Source of the DNA: Bugula neritina
Lineage: Eukaryota; Animalia; Bryozoa
Direction: 5' to 3'
NCBI GenBank assembly: GCA_964035545.1
Contig: OZ037771.1
Location: 15,285,289 to 15,349,288, forward strand
DNA: 64,000 bases
Shown one piece after another: positions 11,701 through 64,000 of the stretch; the stretch's first letter is position 1; each line of letters opens with the position of its first letter. The notes under the pieces were generated by a model. It saw only the letters and a program-made list of their open reading frames with translations. It had not been told where the DNA came from and ran no database searches. The position numbers and the translations under genes are program-made.

Positions 11701-14700
11701 GCAGGGGGTAGCTCCCTCGCACCACTATGTAGCAATTCTAGTTCAAAATTTATTCATCAGTTCTCTTCAGTATGGTAGTAAATACTAAATACAACCCAAA
11801 TATCAGTAGTATCATTCCTTTGATTAGTTCTTGCGTTCGCATAATATAATAATGCTTGTAACTTCATCTTCAATCTACTAGCTCTGAACATGAAGTTCTA
11901 TTTATATATATTCTATTTATAGATATTCTATTTATAGATAGCCACTACCGTATTGCCCAGCTATTTCATGAGTGAAGAAGAAATAGAAATCTCTGACTAT
12001 AAAGGAATGTTTTCACATTACAAGTGGTTGATGCATGAAGGTGGATACTTTCACCTGCAGGCTACTAAACCAGACACTGTAGGTAGGTAAACTGTTGTAA
12101 CTAACTTTATAATTAGGAGTTATCATCTCAGTGGTTGTCTGTGGTTTGTAATGGAATTAATTTCCTCTGCTTTGGGATTGTCTCCTCACTCAGTGCGGAG
12201 TGCTATTTTAGGAACCTTGTAATGTTCTACTACCTTCTTACTTTAAATAGACTCCCACTCAACATCTGCATAGAACTTGTCAACTGTGAACAGTTTTACG
12301 ATTAAAAAGAAAAGTTTAAATGTTTGCTGAGAAATCTCACTATAACAGTTATGTATAAAATAGTTTGTTATAGTGTCGGGTTGCATAAAACTATGTAGTA
12401 TCTTGTAGTATACAATTTAAAGTGCATTATTCTGCTCCTCCCCTAACCACAGGAACTGGTATCAGTGACTCCCCTCTTGGCCTGGCCGTCTATATCATGG
12501 AGAAATTCTACACTTGGACGGACGACTCCACAGTAACTAAACCAATGAAACAGGCCACGTCTGATTTACCATTTACTACTGAAGATGTCTTGTACAATGT
12601 TCTTATATACTGGCATTCAAATTCCATGATGTCTTCTATGAGATTATATAAGGAGAGCATGAGAGAGTTTGGTGTGGTACCTTTGTAAGTATTTACTATG
12701 AGAAAGTGTGTTATGATGTCATTGTAAGTATTTACTATGAGAGAGTTTGGTGTGGTACCTTTGTAAGTATTTACTATGTGAGAGTTTGGTGTGGTACCTT
12801 TGTAAGTATTTACTATGTGAGAGTTTGGTGTGGTACCTTTGTAAGTATTTACTATGTGAGAGTTTGGTGTGGTACCTTTGTAAGTATTTACTATGTGAGA
12901 GTTTGGTGTGGTACCTTTGTAAGTATTTACTATGTGAGAGTGTTTGATGTGGTACCTTTGTAAGTATATACTATGAGAGAGTTTGGTGTGGTACCTTTGT
13001 AAGTATTTACTATGTGAGAGTTTGGTGTGGTACCTTTGTAAGTATTTACTATGAGAGAGTTTGGTGTGGTACCTTTGTAAGTATTTACTATGTGAGAGTG
13101 TTTGATGTGGTACCTTTGTAAGTATATACTATGAGAGAGTTTGGTGTGGTACCTTTGTAAGTATTTACTATGAGAGAGTTTGGTGTGGTACCTTTGTAAG
13201 TATTTACTATGAGAGAGTTTGGTGTGGTACCTTTGTAAGTATTTACTATGTGAGAGTTTGGTGTGGTACCTTTGTAAGTATTTACTATGAGAGAGTTTGG
13301 TGTGGTACCTTTGTAAGTATTTACTATGTGAGAGTGTTTGATGTGGTACCTTTGTAAGTATATACTATGAGAGAGTTTGGTGTGGTACCTTTGTAAGTAT
13401 TTACTATGTGAGAGTTTGGTGTGGTACCTTTGTAAGTATTTACTATGAGAGAGTTTGGTGTGGTACCTTTGTAAGTATTTACTATGTGAGAGTGTTTGAT
13501 GTGGTACCTTTGTAAGTATATACTATGAGAGAGTTTGGTGTGGTACCTTTGTAAGTATTTACTATGTGAGAGTTTGGTGTGGTACCTTTGTAAGTATTTA
13601 CTATGAGAGAGTTTGGTGTGGTACCTTTGTAAGTATTTACTATGTGAGAGTGTTTGATGTGGTACCTTTGTAAGTATATACTATGAGAGAGTTTGGTGTG
13701 GTACCTTTGTAAGTATTTACTATGAGAGAGTTTGGTGTGGTACCTTTGTAAGTATTTACTATGAGAGAGTTTGGTGTGGTACCTTTGTAAGTATTTACTA
13801 TGAGAGAGTTTGGTGTGGTACCTTTGTAAGTATTTACTATGTGAGAGTGTTTGATGTGGTACCTTTGTAAGTATATACTATGAGAGAGTTTGGTGTGGTA
13901 CCTTTGTAAGTATTTACTATGTGAGAGTGTTGGTTATGGTGTCATTGTAAGTATTTACTATGTGAGAGTTTGTTATGATGTCATTGTAAGTATTTACTAT
14001 GTGAGAGAGTTGGTTATGATGTCATTGTAAGTATTTACTATGAGAGAGAGTGTGTTATGATGTCATTGTAAGTATTTACTATGAGAGAGTTTGTTATGAT
14101 GTCATTGTAAGTATTTACTATGTGAGAGTTGGTTATGGTGTCATTGTAAGTATTTACTATGAGAGAGTTTGTTATGATGTCATTGTAAGTATTTACTATG
14201 TGAGAGTTGGTTATGATGTCATTGTAAGTATTTACTATGTGAGAGTGTGTTATGATGTCATTGTAAGTATTTACTATGTGAGAGTGTTGGTTATGGTGTC
14301 ATTGTAAGTATTTACTATGAGAGAGTTTGTTATGATGTCATTGTAAGTATTTACTATGTGAGAGTTGGTTATGGTGTCATTGTAAGTATTTACTATGAGA
14401 GAGTTTGTTATGATGTCATTGTAAGTATTTACTATGTGAGAGTTGGTTATGATGTCATTGTAAGTATTTACTATGTGAGAGTGTGTTATGATGTCATTGT
14501 AAGTATTTACTATGTGAGAGTTTGTTATGATGTCATTGTAAGTATTTACTATGTGAGAGTTGGTTATGATGTCATTGTAAGTATTTACTATGTGAGAGTG
14601 TTGGTTATGGTGTCATTGTAAGTATTTACTATGTGAGAGTTTGTTATGATGTCATTGTAAGTATTTACTATGTGAGAGTTGGTTATGATGTCATTGTAAG

Positions 14701-17189
14701 TATTTACTATGTGAGAGTGTGTTATGATGTCATTGTAAGTATTTACTATGTGAGAGTTGGTTATGATGTCATTGTAAGTATTTACTATGTGAGAGTGTGT
14801 TATGATGTCATTGTAAGTATTTACTATGTGAGAGTTTGTTATGATGTCATTGTAAGTATTTACTATGTGAGAGTTGGTTATGATGTCATTGTAAGTATTT
14901 ACTATGTGAGAGTGTTGGTTATGGTGTCATTGTAAGTATTTACTATGTGAGAGTTTGTTATGATGTCATTGTAAGTATTTACTATGTGAGAGTTGGTTAT
15001 GATGTCATTGTAAGTATTTACTATGTGAGAGAGTTGGTTATGATGTCATTGTAAGTATTTACTAAGAGTGAGAGTGTGTTATGATGTCATTGTAAGTATT
15101 TACTATGAGAGAGTTGGTTATGATGTCATTGTAAGTATTTACTATGTGAGAGTTGGTTATGATGTCATTGTAAGTATTTACTATGTGAGAGTTTGTTATG
15201 ATGTCATTGTAAGTATTTACTATGTGAGAGTTGGTTATGATGTCATTGTAAGTATTTACTATGTGAGAGTTTGTTATGATGTCATTGTAAGTATTTACTA
15301 TGTGAGAGTTGGTTATGATGTCATTGTAAGTATTTACTATGTGAGAGTGTTTGATGTGGTACCTTTGTAAGTATTTACTATGAGAGAGTTTGGTGTGGTA
15401 CCTTTGTAAGTATTTACTATGTGAGAGTTTGTTATGATGTCATTGTAAGTATTTACTATGTGAGAGTGTTGGTTATGGTGTCATTGTAAGTATTTACTAT
15501 GTGAGAGTTTGTTATGATGTCATTGTAAGTATTTACTATGTGAGAGTTGGTTATGATGTCATTGTAAGTATTTACTATGTGAGAGTGTGTTATGATGTCA
15601 TTGTAAGTATTTACTATGTGAGAGTTTGTTATGATGTCATTGTAAGTATTTACTATGTGAGAGTTGGTTATGATGTCATTGTAAGTATTTACTATGTGAG
15701 AGTGTGTTATGATGTCATTGTAAGTATTTACTATGTGAGAGTTTGTTATGATGTCATTGTAAGTATTTACTATGAGAGAGGGTTTGTTCTGATGTCATTG
15801 TAAGTATTTACTATGAGTGAGAGTTTGTTATGATGTCATTGTAAGTATTTACTATGTGAGAGTGTTGGTTATGATGTCATTGTAAGTATTTACTATGTGA
15901 GAGTTGGTTATGATGTCATTGTAAGTATTTACTATGTGAGAGTTGGTTATGATGTCATTGTAAGTATTTACTATGTGAGAGTTTGTTATGATGTCATTGT
16001 AAGTATTTACTATGTGAGAGTTGGTTATGATGTCATTGTAAGTATTTACTATGTGAGAGTGTTTGATGTGGTACCTTTGTAAGTATTTACTATGAGAGAG
16101 TTTGGTGTGGTACCTTTGTAAGTATTTACTATGTGAGAGTTTGTTATGATGTCATTGTAAGTATTTACTATGTGAGAGTGTTGGTTATGGTGTCATTGTA
16201 AGTATTTACTATGTGAGAGTTTGTTATGATGTCATTGTGAGTATTTACTATGTGAGAGTTGGTTATGATGTCATTGTAAGTATTTACTATGTGAGAGTGT
16301 GTTATGATGTCATTGTAAGTATTTACTATGAGAGAGGGTTTGTTCTGATGTCATTGTAAGTATTTACTATGAGTGAGAGTTTGTTATGATGTCATTGTAA
16401 GTATTTACTATGTGAGAGTGTTGGTTATGATGTCATTGTAAGTATTTACTATGTGAGAGTTGGTTATGATGTCATTGTAAGTATTTACTATGAGAGAGGG
16501 TTTGTTCTGATGTCATTGTAAGTATTTACTATGAGTGAGAGTTTGTTATGATGTCATTGTAAGTATTTACTATGTGAGAGTGTTGGTTATGATGTCATTG
16601 TAAGTATTTACTATGTGAGAGTTGGTTATGATGTCATTGTAAGTATTTACTATGTGAGAGTTTGTTATGATGTCATTGTAAGTATTTACTATGTGAGAGT
16701 TGGTTATGATGTCATTGTAAGTATTTACTATGAGTGAGAGTTTGCTGTTTCTATTTATAGCGAGAGTACAGATGTGCCAAGTGGCGTCCTGTTTAGCAAA
16801 TACGAAATCACTTTCTCCCCGAAGATCGTTGCTCAACTCAAATATACCAACTTGAAACATCACAAAGTTTCCTTACAAGGAGGTACTACTCACCTATATA
16901 CTACTCACCTGTACACTACTCACCTGTATACTACTCACCTGTACACTACTCACCTGTATACTACTCACTTGTATACTACTCACCTGTATACTACTCACCT
17001 GTACACTACTCACCTGTATACTACTCACCTGTCTACTACTCACCTGTATACTACTCACCTGTATACTACTCACCTGTACACTACTTACCTGTATACTAAT
17101 ATTGAATTGCAGGTCATTTTGCTGCCTTTGAAATGCCGGAACTGTTCAGTGAAGAAGTAGTTTCCTTCACTAAGAAGTTGAACTATTAG
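8750..17189 (+). CDS. EPHX1: Microsomal epoxide hydrolase 1 / juvenile-hormone epoxide hydrolase-like, ~464 aa
   Basis: Exons 8750-8807, 10089-10222, 10457-10627, 10732-10807, 10975-11145, 11480-11688, 11938-12082, 12453-12684, 16761-16882, 17113-17189 (1395 nt, in frame). Motifs: N-terminal anchor MRFYKVVILSIPVLVFAIAVVCYL, oxyanion HGWPGSFYEF, PSLPGYGYS, nucleophile QGGDWG, GYFHLQATKPDT, DSPLGLAVYIMEKF, MRLYKE, catalytic GGHFAAFE. Confidence 0.95.
12659..16742 (+). repeat. ~4.1-kb 39-bp minisatellite (~100 copies, two subtypes) built on the EPHX1 exon 8 end plus donor
   Basis: Unit is gtaagtatttactatg(t/a)gagag followed by tttggtgtggtaccttt (type A, identical to the exon end) or tttgttatgatgtcatt (type B). 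It fills essentially the whole intron 12685-16760. Confidence 0.97.
16883..17098 (+). repeat. 15-bp minisatellite (tactcacctgtatac), ~14 copies, filling EPHX1 intron 9
   Basis: Starts at the donor; gives the TTHLY repeats in ORF 16774-17160. Confidence 0.93.
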
Positions 17190-17411
17190 CAGAATGTATA
17201 AGAACCCTCCGGAACATCCACCAAGTCCCAGAGTACTAGTCTACTAGCTGATCATAGGATGCTACTAACTCTCCCTAACTCCTGTTTCCAAAGAACATCA
17301 TTTACCGTGATTTATTAATATAAAATTAGCTACACTTTTTGGAGCTGGTGTCAAGTTGCGTTAACTCAAGTTCTTTTGACTCCTTAACTTAGCTCTACTC
17401 GACTGGAAGAC

Positions 17412-17900
17412 TAAAGTTGCGTTTATACCTCTGCTGAAAAAAAGTACCAAGTTCAGTTAATAACGGTTGTCCGGGTACCCCTTATAGTCCAACTTAAAAT
17501 CGTTAAAATCATATTGATGCGGAAGCTTACTTTCAAAAAGGAAATCTGATTCGCCTAATCGTTATTTGATGCCCTTTGAAAACGTCGTGAATTAGTAATG
17601 TTGACAGCATAAAAGCGATAATTAAGAAGGCGTGGGCGATATAATTATTAACATTTAAGTACGTCATCTAATCGCTAAAGTCATAATTAAACAACAATGT
17701 TTACAAGGAGTTATTATTCCTTTTGAGTATTATTTTGAACTCGGCCGATCAAGTTATCACAGTACAAAAATTTTTACGAGTGGATTTTACAATGCAATTT
17801 TTTTTCTCGCCTCTCTGCTTTGTCCTGCTCTTACAATGCAATGCAACTCCGACTAATTGAATTTTTGACTGAAAATGGTGAATGTATAAACGCAACTTTG
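17412..17900. mobile_element. MITE-like non-autonomous DNA transposon, copy 1
   Basis: Perfect 16-bp terminal inverted repeat AAAGTTGCGTTTATAC (17413-17428) / GTATAAACGCAACTTT (17884-17899). The interior is clearly homologous to 38905-39351 (shared blocks gccctttgaaaacgtcgtgaa, atataattattaacat, aagttatcacagtaca). No coding capacity. Confidence 0.8.
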
Positions 17901-18139
17901 GACATGTTGCAAGATTCGAAATTTTTGTAAGTAAATTTTGTAATTTAGTTTTAGCACTCATAAGGAGTTTACATGTGTCTACTGGAGTAGTCGTCCTTTA
18001 TTAGCTCTCAATATTATTGCTGTGCTGGGCATAGGCAGGGACCTATACGTAGTTCTGGCAGTTTTATTTATATTCTAATGAGTTTATTAAGTCATGAAAA
18101 TGTTTATAGTTTTTATCAGTATGTTGAAAATATAATCCT

Positions 18140-18250
18140 TTACACCCAGCTATACTGTACACCCAGCTATACTGTACGCCCAGCTACGCTGTACACCCAG
18201 CTACGCTGTACACCCAGCTATACTGTACACCCAGTTACACTGTACACCCA
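18140..18250. repeat. 17-bp tandem repeat (tacacccagctatactg), ~6 copies
   Basis: Visible tandem copies. Confidence 0.9.
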
Positions 18251-18489
18251 TATACGACAGTAACCACAGCGTCAGACTTCATTGTCTTCCAGTCCTGCTC
18301 ACTGTAGGGTTACAAATCAATAGATTAGTGAGGAGATCAATATGAAGGTAGATTGGATACAATAACTTGAACTAATACTCAGATCTTACCTCCTTTGTTG
18401 TTTATGAGATATAGATTTCTTCATTCCGTCTCCCAACGCTATTGTTCTCAATTTCTAATACATCAATAATTATACCATTCAACAATAGA

Positions 18490-19532
18490 ATCAATCTATT
18501 TGTTTGTTGAGCTGTTACATTGGGGAGTATTGATTACCTTCTTCACCTTCTTACGTCCTCCTCTGTCAGCTATCTGACTCAGCTGCCTTCAAGGGTAAGT
18601 GGTTACTCCTTCAGCTGTCTCCAAATATATCTGATTATGTCATTATTTCTGTGCTTTTGCCTGTGTTATATTATAATTAAGACTTGGTAGACATTTTATA
18701 GATTTGAGGAGAGATCTAACCTGAAATGAATGTTTAGTTGTTTGTTTAACCTCAGTGCCGTAAGATCTGTACTTGATGAGAATTTTGTTAGTCATGCAAT
18801 AGGTTTTCTGTGAATTAATATTTTTTCGCTGTTTGGAAATAGAATGCGAAGCAATGGAAATGTAGTCATTTTGTTTTAACAACCAACAGTTGGAATGTTT
18901 GCAGTGAAGTATATTTTTAAGCCACGAGTGCAGAGCACACAAGCAGTTATGAAATTAATTTTTTACAGAAAAACTGCCAATAATAAATTTTTAAGCGCTG
19001 CTTCTTATTTAAAAAATTCAAATTATCAGTCTAGCCACTGTTTTTTAGTCATTTTCATGTCAATTTCTATCAGTTTTATACCAAATTTTCTGATTTTGTA
19101 GAAAGCTGTATTCACATAAAATCAATTTCTTTTCAACAAGTAGAAACAGTGTTTTGACCACCAACTGTATCCAGGTAAGTTTATTCTTCATTTTTGAAAA
19201 TAGTTGCTGCCATAATTTGAAAATCTGAAGTTATAAAACAACTTTTTCTCCCTGTAAAATGATGACTTACAATGCATAGTGCTGAAATATGATGCGCCAT
19301 TGTAACCGTTGGTGGTTCAGACATGGCTTATTGGTAGAGACCGACACTTGGTCATCCACCGGTCCGCTCTGTCCAACTCTAAGCTCTACATGCTGCCGTG
19401 TCATGCTGCCGTGTCAAGCTGCCTCGCTCAGTGTAGTATCTAACAGTGCTGCGTCATTCGTCTCTCATCACTGGTTGGACGTGTTTATTATCTATAAAAC
19501 TTTTGTACCTTTTGATTACAGAACTTTAGAAA
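18490..19532 (+). other. Candidate 5' UTR exons of the giant PAN-repeat gene (~?-18594, 19102-19174, 19522-19532)
   Basis: Strong donors AAGG|gtaagt (18595) and CCAG|gtaagt (19175), with acceptors ttttgtag| (19101) and gattacag| (19521) upstream of ATG 19533. Confidence 0.45.
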
Positions 19533-61992
<42,460 letters not shown>

Positions 61993-62297
61993 CCTGGAGT
62001 ACACTCATTCTATCTCCGTAATTACTTACGTTATGTGCATTACTCGTATATTACTTTCCTTAAAATAGTGTTCTTTAATTTGTGCTTCACTCATCAGTTA
62101 TACCTGATAGTAGACCCAACTTTTATGTGATAAGCAAGTTTTTTATTTTGCTACATACTTTTGACGAAGCTAAGTGTGGATGGAATGTCACTGAATGTAT
62201 TATTGACAATTTTTGCATTGAACTTTGCTTCAAACTTGGTGATGATCATGTCATGTAATAATTTCAATATACATTTATTAGTTTAAACTTTGTTTGA

Positions 62298-62303
62298 AAT
62301 AAA
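62298..62303 (+). terminator. Candidate polyadenylation signal AATAAA for the giant gene
   Basis: AATAAA ~300 nt after the stop, followed by T-rich sequence. Confidence 0.4.
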
Positions 62304-64000
62304 TTTTCTTATCTTGACTTAAAGAAGTTAGCTGGTGTGAAGATAGCAGACTATACTCTATACTACTGTACTCTCTCATTTAGTGAACTCCAACGTTGGT
62401 TATAACATTATAAAATGGTGTCTGTGAGGAATGAGTTTCAGTTATAGTTAGCAGATGGTGATCACATGACCTCCGCATCATATTATTTATAATGAATCAA
62501 TTTCTATCTAATAATGAAATGATATCAACAGAGCTGGATGGCGCAGTGCTCTGAGTTGTATTAGTTTGGGGGCTTTGATTAACCTCCCATCTGCACACTA
62601 AGGTTTGATTGTGGGTTCCTTTGCTATATACTATTTAATAAAGCTGATTATAAAGCTATTTACAGCTAATCCAAGCTGTTTGTAAAGCTGATTATAAAGC
62701 TGATTATAAAGCTATATATAAGCCATTTAAAGCTATTTGTAAAGCTATTTCAGAATGTAGGAGCACCAAGACTGCGCAAGCTTAGTTTGTGAGTGACAAA
62801 AATCTAGAATTTACAAAGTTGAAGTTTGTTCTTTCCTTCTAAGTATATATAACTGGTCCAGTTAGGAGGTGATTAGGTTTTATTGTTACTTTATTATTTA
62901 CTACCAGTTCTTCCCTCCTTTGGTCTAGTCAGCTATTGTATCGTTTATTAATTTATCTTATCTACTCCATTTGTTTACATGACTTATTGAATCTCTCCCA
63001 TGTTTTAAGACTAAGCTAGCCCTGTCTCTACCTACGCTGGGCCAATAGGGCATAATGAGCCCCTCTGTATTTAAGTAAACAATTTATCTTTGGCTAAGCT
63101 TCAGTTAGAAACAGCAAACAAAAGTGACATGAACTTTGGTTTTTCATTGTTGAGATGGATATTGGCAGAGTTGGCATTATTCTGCAATGCAAACTACTCT
63201 TCAGGTAGATATGCAAGTGGTCTGCTTATAGCATGAGGTGATAACTTCCAAACAATTCAACTGATGGTGCTCAGTCATAGTAACTACCATAGTATTGCTT
63301 TTTATTGGACTAAGGAGTTGTCTATACTATGCAGAGAGAATACAAATCAGAGCAGTTTAGTGGTGATGGTATAAAATAGGATCATTGATGAACATGTATA
63401 ATGTAGGTCGTATGACAGCATAGCAAATGTTTAGGCTTGCCAGTAGCTCAGACATGGGGCATAAGTTATGCCTACCCTACTCAGGCTATAAATGTGATCT
63501 GCAGGTTGGAACTATAGTCATGACTAAGCAACTAAGAAGGCTATGTGAGTTTACAAGAGTAGGTAAAACAACTTTTTAAATAATTACATTAAAGTAAACT
63601 GAAGCACGCAAAATAACCAGACTATGAGGATGTATTTAGTAGTATGCATTGATTTAAAATTGAATCATGAAATGATTATCATTATTGCAACCTCTGTGCT
63701 TGGTAGACAGGATAGAGAGGGGTGGTGTGACTGCTGTAACTGTGTTACTGCTCTACATACTAACAGACTAGCCTAGTGCTTTTAAGTGCCTTGCATAAGA
63801 TATTATAATAGAACTGATGAGTTTGGTGTGGTCACTGCCGTTGCAGCTCAGTGACTGTGCTAGCGTGCTATGCTCTCACTACTGCTTTACAATACAACCA
63901 AGTAACAGCACTTGTTGATTTGATGTTCTAAAGTCTAAACTCTAAAGCCCTTGATAAAACCACCCTAAGTTATAACTATCTACATAGTGGCTTACAAACT

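Noticed and set aside
12659-16742. CRISPR-like appearance of 39-bp repeats (also the 30-44-bp arrays elsewhere)
   Set aside because: The units are contiguous with no unique spacers, there are no cas genes, and the context is eukaryotic intron.
63818-63833. Match gagtttggtgtggt to the EPHX1 minisatellite core
   Set aside because: A single ~14-bp match with no flanking similarity; compatible with chance.
62330-64000. Possible further gene at the right end
   Set aside because: No ORF of 60 aa or more and no convincing exon chain; only a degenerate taaagct repeat at ~62635-62750.

Overview
AT-rich, intron-dense metazoan (invertebrate) genomic DNA. It is not prokaryotic: no CRISPR, rRNA or tRNA was seen. 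Reading GT-AG boundaries by hand gives four genes. (1) The probable 5' end of an unidentified minus-strand gene running off the left edge. (2) A 6-coding-exon mitochondrial ornithine carrier (SLC25A15-like, ~308 aa, 4913-7496). (3) A 10-exon microsomal epoxide hydrolase (EPHX1/JHEH-like, ~464 aa, 8750-17189) with intact catalytic motifs. (4) A ~42-kb gene with about 89 coding exons (19533-61992) encoding a ~4,500-aa secreted protein: signal peptide, one N-terminal PAN/apple-like domain, 41 tandem 4-Cys PAN/apple-like modules alternating between two subtypes, and a ~185-aa C-terminal globular domain I cannot name. Each module is split into a phase-1/2 exon A and a phase-2/1 exon B, so any A can splice in frame to any downstream B. 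The centre of the gene (36064-46856) is a young 7-fold tandem amplification of a 4-exon unit with mosaic variation. A second striking feature is that many introns are filled by minisatellites whose unit contains the adjacent splice junction, giving up to ~100 copies of a donor or ~65 copies of an acceptor; some arrays are stop-free and in frame. Two MITE-like families are also present. All gene models are manual and lack transcript support, and copy numbers and identities are by-eye estimates.
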